This document shows, piece after piece, positions 56,865 to 64,000 of a DNA stretch of 64,000 nucleotides (position 1 is its first letter; each line of letters begins with the position of its first letter). The stretch lies in the IMG/VR virus record IMGVR_UViG_3300047548_000197. The stretch is one strand, 5' to 3'. The translations under genes and the position numbers were made by a program. This stretch comes from an uncultured virus (IMG/VR IMGVR_UViG_3300047548_000197). Lineage: Duplodnaviria > Heunggongvirae > Uroviricota > Caudoviricetes. The notes beneath the pieces are model-generated. The model saw only the letters and a list, made by a program, of their open reading frames with translations, did not search any database and had not been told where the DNA came from.

Positions 56865-57806
56865 ATGAAAATTGCTGTTGCGTCAGACTTGCACCTAGAG
56901 TTTGGTGATGTCATGATCAAGAACGATCAAGGCATCGATGTACTCATCTTGTCTGGTGATATTTTGGTTGAGCGTGACCTAGACATGTTGGATCGTCGTC
57001 AAGTAGAGTTGGGATTTGCACGTGCCAGATCATCGCGTTTTCATGACTTTTTCTCTCGTGTGTGTTTTCAGTTTCCACATGTAATCTACGTTGCTGGCAA
57101 CCATGAACACTACCACGGTGATTTTGCCCAAACTATTGGTGAACTAAAACGCAAGTTGGCTCATCACCCTAACTTGCACATCTTGGACAAAGAGTGCTGG
57201 ACATTGGATGATGTAACTTTTGTTGGCGGTACTCTTTGGACAGACATGAACAAAGAGGATCCACTTACTCTACATGCAATGAAGAACATGATGAACGACT
57301 TTCGTTGTGTTCAAAACTCAAATAGAGTAGTTTCTTACCGCGCAGACGTCTTACGAGACAAGCCAACAGGTATGACTGATGATGAGTTTTTGGCTCTGCC
57401 CACTTCTGAGCGATTCAAGTCTGTGTTTAAGACTCGCGTTGCAACTTTCTGTGCAGAAGATGCTGTTGAAGAACATCGCAAGTGTCTTGGTTACATCAAA
57501 ACAATCGTGGAAAATCATCGCGAGCAAAAAACTGGCAACAAAATTGTTGTAGTTGGTCATCACACACCTTCTCACAAGTCTTGTCACCCAAGATATGCTC
57601 ATGATGACATCATGAACGGTGGTTACCACAGTGACTTGAGTGAATTTATTCTTGATCACCCAGAAATTGTGTTGTGGACGCATGGTCACACACATGAATT
57701 GTTTGATTACACCATCGGAGACACCAGAATTGTGTGTAACCCACGTGGTTATATCGGATATGAAGAAATCGCTGATAAATTTGAATTGAAAGTGGTTGAG
57801 TTATGA
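56865..57806 (+). CDS. Metallophosphoesterase
   Basis: SDLHLE, LSGD, GNHE, GHH, HGHTH, NPRGY. Confidence 0.92.
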   Translation: MKIAVASDLHLEFGDVMIKNDQGIDVLILSGDILVERDLDMLDRRQVELGFARARSSRFHDFFSRVCFQFPHVIYVAGNHEHYHGDFAQTIGELKRKLAHHPNLHILDKECWTLDDVTFVGGTLWTDMNKEDPLTLHAMKNMMNDFRCVQNSNRVVSYRADVLRDKPTGMTDDEFLALPTSERFKSVFKTRVATFCAEDAVEEHRKCLGYIKTIVENHREQKTGNKIVVVGHHTPSHKSCHPRYAHDDIMNGGYHSDLSEFILDHPEIVLWTHGHTHELFDYTIGDTRIVCNPRGYIGYEEIADKFELKVVEL

Positions 57807-58138
57807 GAGAATATACACCTGATACGTGGGTGATGTTGAAATTTGTTGTTAGAGGTGAAACAATCTACAAAATTCTAGCTGGTTGGTACGGTGGTTATAT
57901 CACTGGCGACAGTTGGAAGTTAAATAGTGGTTGTATCAAGGTCGAACAAGATGAAAATCACTACATGTTCTACGGTTCTAGTGGCAGTGTTTATCGCTGC
58001 CATAAAAAATCATATGGTATGAGTGGTTATACATCGCAAGTGTACAGAAACTTTTGTCAAGATGTCGATGGCGCTGATGATATCACAATGGAAGCGTTAG
58101 ACGCTGATGTTAATTTTATGGAATTGGAATATAAATGA
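57803..58138 (+). CDS. Conserved phage hypothetical protein
   Basis: GWYGGYITGDSWKLNSG...GSSGSVY. Confidence 0.7.
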   Translation: MREYTPDTWVMLKFVVRGETIYKILAGWYGGYITGDSWKLNSGCIKVEQDENHYMFYGSSGSVYRCHKKSYGMSGYTSQVYRNFCQDVDGADDITMEALDADVNFMELEYK

Positions 58139-58509
58139 GTAATGTTTTTGAAGATGTTGAGAAGTTTTTGAATGCTGTTGGGCAAAATCCACCGCCATTC
58201 CTTGTTGATGATAATCCACAATCACTTTTGTACAAAGAGTTGATTCGCGAAGAAATCAAAGAGTTCTGGGAAGCTGATGACGCTAACGATGATACCGAAC
58301 GTCTTGACGCTTGTTTTGACATGATTTGGGTTATTGTTGGCTATGCACGCTCACGTGGATGGGATATGGACGGTGCTTGGATCGAAGGCGCACAAAGCAA
58401 CCTTTCTAAGATTGATCCTGCCACTGGTCTAGTGCGTCGACGTGAAGATGGTAAGATTCTAAAGCCAGAAGGTTGGCAACCACCAAACTTCAAACAATTT
58501 GTGGAGTAA
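58135..58509 (+). CDS. All-alpha NTP pyrophosphohydrolase (MazG/PRA-PH-like)
   Basis: LIREE..E, LDACFD, SNLSK, REDGKILKPEGW. Confidence 0.85.
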   Translation: MSNVFEDVEKFLNAVGQNPPPFLVDDNPQSLLYKELIREEIKEFWEADDANDDTERLDACFDMIWVIVGYARSRGWDMDGAWIEGAQSNLSKIDPATGLVRRREDGKILKPEGWQPPNFKQFVE

Positions 58510-58510
58510 C

Positions 58511-59014
58511 ATGATTACACTTTATCTTGATATGGACGGAGTTCTAGCAGACTTCAACAAAGAGTACATTAAGTTGGATCCTAACAAAGAGGATCGCAAG
58601 CGTTTCCGCACTGCAGTTATCGAAGACAAGATTTTCGAGAAGTTAGACTTTATGCCTGACGCTCAAGAACTGCTTAATTATGTTTCTGGCTTGAATGGTG
58701 TTACTGTAGAAATTCTAACATCTATGGGTACACATGAACCTTTCCAAGCCAATGAAGCCAAGATGCAAAAACTCAAGTGGTTGAATGCTAAAAACATTCC
58801 ATATCGCGCTAACTTTGTCAATGACAAGTTGGGTAAGGCAAAGTATGCAACGCCAACCAGTATTCTAGTCGATGACAGTATTGGGTGTATTGATCCATTT
58901 AATGCAGCTGGTGGATATGGTATTCTTCACACTGATTCTGCCAGCACTATTGCCAAACTTAAATCTACAATCTTGCAGATTCATACACTGGCAGCACTTA
59001 AAGAGCATTCATGA
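58511..59014 (+). CDS. HAD-family 5'(3')-nucleotidase
   Basis: LDMDGVLADF, KLKWL, ILVDD. Confidence 0.88.
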   Translation: MITLYLDMDGVLADFNKEYIKLDPNKEDRKRFRTAVIEDKIFEKLDFMPDAQELLNYVSGLNGVTVEILTSMGTHEPFQANEAKMQKLKWLNAKNIPYRANFVNDKLGKAKYATPTSILVDDSIGCIDPFNAAGGYGILHTDSASTIAKLKSTILQIHTLAALKEHS

Positions 59015-59295
59015 AACAAATTATATTAAACACACTAACATGGATTCTAGATGACTTCAGATCTAATAAGTTTCGTTTTTGCGTTGAGTTACTGGCTTGG
59101 GCTATCAGTATTGGTTGTAGCATTACTATGGCTCTCACAGTACCTAATCCTCCACTTCTTGTCCTTTATCCTATATGGATCAGTGGCTGTGCTCTTTATG
59201 CTTGGGCTGCTTATACTAGGAAATCGTTTGGGATGTTGGCTAACTACCTCTTGCTGACTACTATTGATACAATTGGACTAATTCGTATGTTATGA
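59011..59295 (+). CDS. Small membrane protein
   Basis: Three hydrophobic helices. Confidence 0.65.
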   Translation: MKQIILNTLTWILDDFRSNKFRFCVELLAWAISIGCSITMALTVPNPPLLVLYPIWISGCALYAWAAYTRKSFGMLANYLLLTTIDTIGLIRML

Positions 59296-59485
59296 GAAAA
59301 GCCTGGAGATTGTGGGCGAAAGCAATTGGAGAAAAGAGCGGTGCTAGTGTCAAAGAAGCTGACACCATCGCTCTTATTCGTACTTGCATCGTTCTTTGTT
59401 ATATTATTACAAACTTTTTTATCGTTGCTGGTGTTATAAGGCACTGGTGATTGACTTTAATGCAATTTTACGGTATAATTAGATT

Positions 59486-60529
59486 ATGAATACACATATT
59501 ATGAAACACGGTAAAATTGGTTTTGCATGCAAATGGATTGACACTGTCGATCAAGTCGATGGTATCAAACCCAAAGACGATGCAAAGAAATACAGCACAG
59601 GTACAACTACTGTTGCTTGGCTTGGTCGTCAAAGTCGCACATCTGCAGAAGAAAAGTTGTGGGACATCACCAAACAAAATCTTCAAAACACACTCAATCT
59701 AGTAACCAAGGTAGCCAGCTTACCTGAAGGTTTGCGCATGGTTCGTTTGAGCAGCGAAATTCTTCCAGTCTACACTCACGCTGATTGGAAATACTTTTAT
59801 CAGCAACAAGATGTGCTTGATGTTCTGCAACGTGGCTTTGCCAAGATTGGTGACACTGCCCGTGCAGCAGGTGTTCGCCTAAGTTTCCATCCAGGTCAGT
59901 TTACAGTTCTTGCCAGCGAGAACGATGGCATCGTCAATAATTCTATCGAAGAATTTGAGTATCATGCAGACATGGCTCGTATGATGGGTTATGGTCGCAC
60001 ATTCCAAGACTTTAAGATCAATGTACACATCTCTGGCAAACGTGGTCCAGCAGGCATTCGCGCAGCTTACAAACGTCTGTCTACAGTTGCACAAAACTGC
60101 ATCACTATCGAAAACGAAGAAAACGCATGGGGTCTTGATGACTCTCTAGAATTGGCAGACTTATTGCCAATTGTTCTCGATGTACATCACCACTGGTGTC
60201 GTGAAGGTGAGTGGCTTGATCATAATGACGATCGTGTCAAACGTGTTATTGACTCTTGGCGTGGTGTTCGTCCAACTATGCACTACTCTCAATCTCGCGA
60301 AGACTACCTTGTTGATCATTGCATCAAGACAAAACCAGACTATGCTGTGTTGCTGGAAAACGGTTTTAAGAAAGCCAAACTTCGTGCACACTCAGACTTT
60401 TACTGGAACACTGCTTGTAACGATTGGGTTCTAGATTATCTCAAGACTCACGATATCATGTGCGAAAGTAAAGCAAAAAATCTGGCAAGTTTTTCTCTAT
60501 ATGAGAGTTCTAAACAATTATCTGTATAA
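59486..60529 (+). CDS. uvsE: UV-damage endonuclease (UvsE/UvdE)
   Basis: IGFACK, RLSFHPGQF, IENEE, LDVHHH, HYSQS, RAHSD, MCESKAK. Confidence 0.92.
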   Translation: MNTHIMKHGKIGFACKWIDTVDQVDGIKPKDDAKKYSTGTTTVAWLGRQSRTSAEEKLWDITKQNLQNTLNLVTKVASLPEGLRMVRLSSEILPVYTHADWKYFYQQQDVLDVLQRGFAKIGDTARAAGVRLSFHPGQFTVLASENDGIVNNSIEEFEYHADMARMMGYGRTFQDFKINVHISGKRGPAGIRAAYKRLSTVAQNCITIENEENAWGLDDSLELADLLPIVLDVHHHWCREGEWLDHNDDRVKRVIDSWRGVRPTMHYSQSREDYLVDHCIKTKPDYAVLLENGFKKAKLRAHSDFYWNTACNDWVLDYLKTHDIMCESKAKNLASFSLYESSKQLSV

Positions 60530-60532
60530 ATA
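60525..60532 (+). promoter_or_regulatory. T4-type late promoter TATAAATA
   Basis: Exact consensus before the FmdB-like/phoH/endolysin genes. Confidence 0.7.
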
Positions 60533-60549
60533 CAGAGTAAGGAGAAATT

Positions 60550-60789
60550 ATGCCAACATACACATTCCGCGACAATAACACGGGTGAACAATTTGAAAAG
60601 GTTATGAAGATTGCAGAACGTGAGGAGTATCTACAGCAGAATCCACACATTGAATCAATCATCGTTAGCGCTCCAGCTTTTTCTGGAGATCGTATTGTGC
60701 TTAAAACTGATAATGGATTCAAGGAGGTCTTACAAAAGATACATCAAAAAACCCCAGGAAGCATTTTAAACCGAACAACTAAAATCTAA
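60550..60789 (+). CDS. FmdB-like small protein
   Basis: MPTYTF...TGEQFE...FKEVLQKI..PGS. Confidence 0.7.
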   Translation: MPTYTFRDNNTGEQFEKVMKIAEREEYLQQNPHIESIIVSAPAFSGDRIVLKTDNGFKEVLQKIHQKTPGSILNRTTKI

Positions 60790-60805
60790 TTACAAAAGGA
60801 CTTGC

Positions 60806-61597
60806 ATGGCAACAAAACGCCTTGCTGCTAAAAGTCTAGATAATGAACACAGTGATAAGCAGCCCAAACAAATTAATAATTCTTTAAGATTAAGAATGGA
60901 TGATCTAAAAACTTTTGATCCATTGACTGGAAATCAGAAAAAGTTTTTTGATGCTTATAAAAGAGGGGACTATTTCGTAGCACTCCACGGAGTTGCTGGT
61001 ACAGGAAAAACTTTCTGTGCGCTATACAAAGCTATTGAAGAGGTGTTGGATAAATCAAACCCATTCAATAAAATCATCGTCGTTCGTTCTGCTGTGCAGT
61101 CTCGCGAGATTGGTCATCTTCCAGGTGACGTGAACGAAAAGATGGAAATTTATGAGCAGCCTTATCGTCAAATTTGCGAAACACTATTTGGGCGTAAGGA
61201 TGCTTGGGACAGACTCGAAGAACAAGGACATATAACTTTTATCTCAACGTCCTTTATTCGTGGTATGAGTTTTGATGACGCTATCATCATTGTTGATGAG
61301 ATGCAGAACTTGACTTATGAAGAGATCGACACCGTTATGACTCGTGTCGGATATCGATCTAAAATTATATGGTGTGGTGATTATAGACAAACTGATTTGA
61401 ATAAAAAGAAGAACGATGTTACTGGAATTTTAAAATTCTTTGACATTGCTCAACACATGAGTGCTTTTACTCGTATCGAATTTGACGTGAACGACATCGT
61501 GAGATCTTCTCTCGTGAAAGACTATATTTTGGCTAAACTAAAATACGAAGACTTTTACGAAGGAAAATCTAATGCTACTAACAGTAGAGCAGTTTAG
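60806..61597 (+). CDS. phoH: PhoH-like ATPase
   Basis: GVAGTGKT, IGHLPG, FIRGMSF, DEMQN, TRVG, GDYRQTD, IVRS. Confidence 0.95.
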   Translation: MATKRLAAKSLDNEHSDKQPKQINNSLRLRMDDLKTFDPLTGNQKKFFDAYKRGDYFVALHGVAGTGKTFCALYKAIEEVLDKSNPFNKIIVVRSAVQSREIGHLPGDVNEKMEIYEQPYRQICETLFGRKDAWDRLEEQGHITFISTSFIRGMSFDDAIIIVDEMQNLTYEEIDTVMTRVGYRSKIIWCGDYRQTDLNKKKNDVTGILKFFDIAQHMSAFTRIEFDVNDIVRSSLVKDYILAKLKYEDFYEGKSNATNSRAV

Positions 61598-62195
61598 TCA
61601 CCTATTCCCACGAAACACTGATCCACAAGGTTGGGTTGACTCAATGAATGAGGTATTCCCAACTTACGAGATTGATACTCCACAACGTGTTGCTGCTTTC
61701 TTAGCACAATGTGGACATGAGTCTGGTGGTTGGACAGTGTTTGAAGAAAACTTGAATTACTCAGCGAAGGGTCTAACTGGCATCTTCAAAAAGTATTTCC
61801 CAACTGAAGAATCTGCGTTGCCTTACCAGCGCCAGCCAGAGAAAATCGCTAACAAGATCTATTGCAATCGCATGGGTAATGGCAGCGAAGAATCTGGTGA
61901 TGGATATAAGTATCGTGGACGTGGACCAATTCAGTTAACTGGCAAAGCAAACTATACTCAGTTTGCCAAAGACATGTTTGAAAATTGGGAAGAAGTTGTG
62001 AATAATCCAGACTGGGTTACTTATGACAAAGACTTTGCACTGATGTCTGCTATTTGGTTCTGGAACAAAAACAAACTGAACAAAGAAGCAGATGCTGGTG
62101 ATATTAAAACAATGACAAGAAAGATAAATGGTGGATATATTGGTCTTGAAGATCGTATCAAGCACTATAATGAGGCTATCCACTTACTAACATAA
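61572..62195 (+). CDS. Glycoside hydrolase family 19 endolysin
   Basis: FLAQCGHES, ENLNYS, YRGRGPIQLTG..NY, INGG..GLEDR. Confidence 0.92.
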   Translation: MLLTVEQFSHLFPRNTDPQGWVDSMNEVFPTYEIDTPQRVAAFLAQCGHESGGWTVFEENLNYSAKGLTGIFKKYFPTEESALPYQRQPEKIANKIYCNRMGNGSEESGDGYKYRGRGPIQLTGKANYTQFAKDMFENWEEVVNNPDWVTYDKDFALMSAIWFWNKNKLNKEADAGDIKTMTRKINGGYIGLEDRIKHYNEAIHLLT

Positions 62196-62848
62196 TGAAG
62201 AATTTTATACATCATGATTTTGCGAAATTAGAACGTGATACAAGCCCTGATGGTACCCGTTTATACAGGACTCCATCAGGGCTTTCTTATCCAAGTGTTA
62301 CTACAATCACAAAACAAGCGACTGAAGACGGTATCCGAAAATGGAGACTTCGTGTTGGCGAAGAAGAAGCCAACCGTGTTTCTGCCAAAGCCAGTGCACG
62401 TGGCACAAGAATTCACTCACTGTGTGAAAACTATTTGTTGGGTAATGAGATTGTTCCAGACATGTTTGACGCAGAGATGTTTGGTTCTATTAAATTTTTA
62501 CTAGATCAGATCGACAACATTCACTGTTTAGAAACTCCACTGTATTGTGATCACTTTGAAGTTGCTGGTACAGTAGATTGTATCGCTGAGTTTCAAGGTA
62601 AGTTGTCTGTGATTGACTTTAAGACAGCAAGCAAACCAAAAGATCGCGATGACATCTATCATTACTTTATGCAGTGCGCAGCATACTCTGTTGCGTTTGA
62701 AGAACGCACTGGAATACCAATTGGTCGCCTTGTAGTTATCATGGCTGTTGATAACGATGACCCTAGATGGTTTATTGAGAAACGCGATAACTGGATTGGT
62801 GGTTTCAAGAAATTAAGATTAGACTACAAGTACAAAAATGGCATCTAA
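62195..62848 (+). CDS. PD-(D/E)XK exonuclease
   Basis: YPSVTT, RGTRIH, AGTVDC, IDFKT, QCAAY. Confidence 0.88.
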   Translation: MKNFIHHDFAKLERDTSPDGTRLYRTPSGLSYPSVTTITKQATEDGIRKWRLRVGEEEANRVSAKASARGTRIHSLCENYLLGNEIVPDMFDAEMFGSIKFLLDQIDNIHCLETPLYCDHFEVAGTVDCIAEFQGKLSVIDFKTASKPKDRDDIYHYFMQCAAYSVAFEERTGIPIGRLVVIMAVDNDDPRWFIEKRDNWIGGFKKLRLDYKYKNGI

Positions 62849-63308
62849 TATTTTATTCATAGAATCTGTTCTATCACCTGATCACTGCGAGAGATTGATT
62901 AGCGATTTTATGATAGAACAAGTTGGTCCATCTCTAGACTATAATAAACTAGAACGTAAAAAAGTCACTGACAATACAATTGTAGTTGCTCTTGCTAAGA
63001 AATATGGTTTTGTTTATGACAGAGCATTTATACTTCGTTATAAGCAAGGTGACAAGAGCCCATTGCATGTTGATAATGTTTTTGTCAATAACTCCAAAAT
63101 AGAATCACACGGCTGGATAAAGAGTGTTATTGTTTTCTTGAATGATAACTTTGAGGGTGGTGAGTTGGTGTATCCAGATCAAGGAGTTACCATAAGACCA
63201 AAGGTTGGTAATATGGTCGTTGCTCCAGCTGATAGTAGTTCTCCGCATTATGTTACAGAGACTACCTCTGACCGTTATGTTCTTGTGTTACGTTTAGTTG
63301 ACATGTAA
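62838..63308 (+). CDS. 2OG-Fe(II) oxygenase (prolyl-4-hydroxylase-like)
   Basis: LHVD, FLNDNFEGGEL, PH.V, RY. Confidence 0.87.
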   Translation: MASNILFIESVLSPDHCERLISDFMIEQVGPSLDYNKLERKKVTDNTIVVALAKKYGFVYDRAFILRYKQGDKSPLHVDNVFVNNSKIESHGWIKSVIVFLNDNFEGGELVYPDQGVTIRPKVGNMVVAPADSSSPHYVTETTSDRYVLVLRLVDM

Positions 63309-63331
63309 TAAATATATAAGTATAATATAAG

Positions 63332-63640
63332 TTATTGCTGTAATTCCTTCAAAGCGAAGGACTTCTGGACGGGGGTTCGACTCCCCCCATCTCCACCAAA
63401 AGCATCTATTCCCTTTAGTGAAACCCAAATGCTAGGGTGTAGCATTACTAAAGGGCGCAATGGGTGTTTTTGATGGGGATGCCATGGTTTCGACAGGGGT
63501 AGATAGTAGCGACGGCAGCACGGTAGGCGATGACCGTAAATCAAGCAAACTAAGTAAATGCAAACGACAACGTTTTCGCATTAGCAGCCTAATCACTGCT
63601 TAGGGTTTCGGTTGGTTTCCTCGTAACAGAATAACCAACC
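63332..63640 (+). ncRNA. ssrA: Circularly permuted (two-piece) tmRNA
   Basis: T-arm and acceptor 3' strand ending CCA at 63398, intervening hairpin, 5' strand GGGGATG at 63475, tag ANDNVFALAA-stop at 63560-63592; promoter TTGACA-17-TATAAT at 63298-63326. Confidence 0.92.
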
Positions 63641-63708
63641 ACTTTAAAGTATTGCCACAGCGGGTGCCAATATTATGAACAACAATATTTTTAAAGGAAA
63701 ATTATAAA

Positions 63709-64000
63709 ATGAAAATGGCTTTAGCCTCAGCTTTGTTATTTGTATCTGGTGTTGCATCTGCTCAATCATCTATGAGCGTTAATTATGCAGTTCAAAATGA
63801 TGACTCTCCTGCAGTACAAAAACATGTTACTGCATTGAAAGTCCAGACTAAGTTAACAAAGTCTATTGATGGTGATTTGGGTATCTCAGCTACTACTGCT
63901 GATGTTGCAAACACTATCACTAATCGTTATGAAGCAGGATTGATTTATAGCCTTCCAGTATCCTCTAGCGTAACAGCTTCTGTTCGCGGTGGTCTTGGTA
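63709..64000 (+). CDS. Secreted / outer-membrane beta-barrel-like protein (partial)
   Basis: Signal peptide MKMALASALLFVSGVASA then alternating beta-strand pattern; runs off the window. Confidence 0.6.
   Translation, partial: MKMALASALLFVSGVASAQSSMSVNYAVQNDDSPAVQKHVTALKVQTKLTKSIDGDLGISATTADVANTITNRYEAGLIYSLPVSSSVTASVRGGLG

Noticed and set aside
62195..62848. Cas4 / CRISPR adaptation gene
   Set aside because: It is a generic PD-(D/E)XK exonuclease without the four-Cys cluster pattern, and no array or cas1/cas2 is nearby.
63332..63544. Minus-strand 70-aa ORF
   Set aside because: It is the antisense of the tmRNA gene.

Overview
64 kb of a large T4-like lytic phage genome (nrdA/nrdB, denA-like, dsbA, rnh, cd, rIIA/rIIB, phoH, T4 late-promoter motifs). 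Essentially all genes are on the + strand. Bug/TctC solute-binding proteins suggest a betaproteobacterial host (inference). The centre holds an array of about 36 tRNA or tRNA-like genes covering all 20 amino acids. It is preceded by a 44-codon leader ORF that uses all 20 amino acids and 35 different codons and overlaps a terminator/antiterminator switch, a candidate tRNA-pool-sensing attenuator. The array is interspersed with a family of stem-closed RNAs carrying a conserved CAGCA motif; two more copies sit directly upstream of a DUF2828/TROVE-like vWA gene, giving a candidate Ro60/Y-RNA-like system. Other content: a circularly permuted two-piece tmRNA, NAD+ salvage (Nampt plus NMNAT-Nudix), Acb1, RNA ligase/kinase, an HD hydrolase, many 2OG-Fe(II) oxygenases, two biosynthetic-looking enzyme clusters, and repeated stem-loop/promoter cassettes driving small early genes. 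All family assignments come from motif recognition by eye, not database searches.
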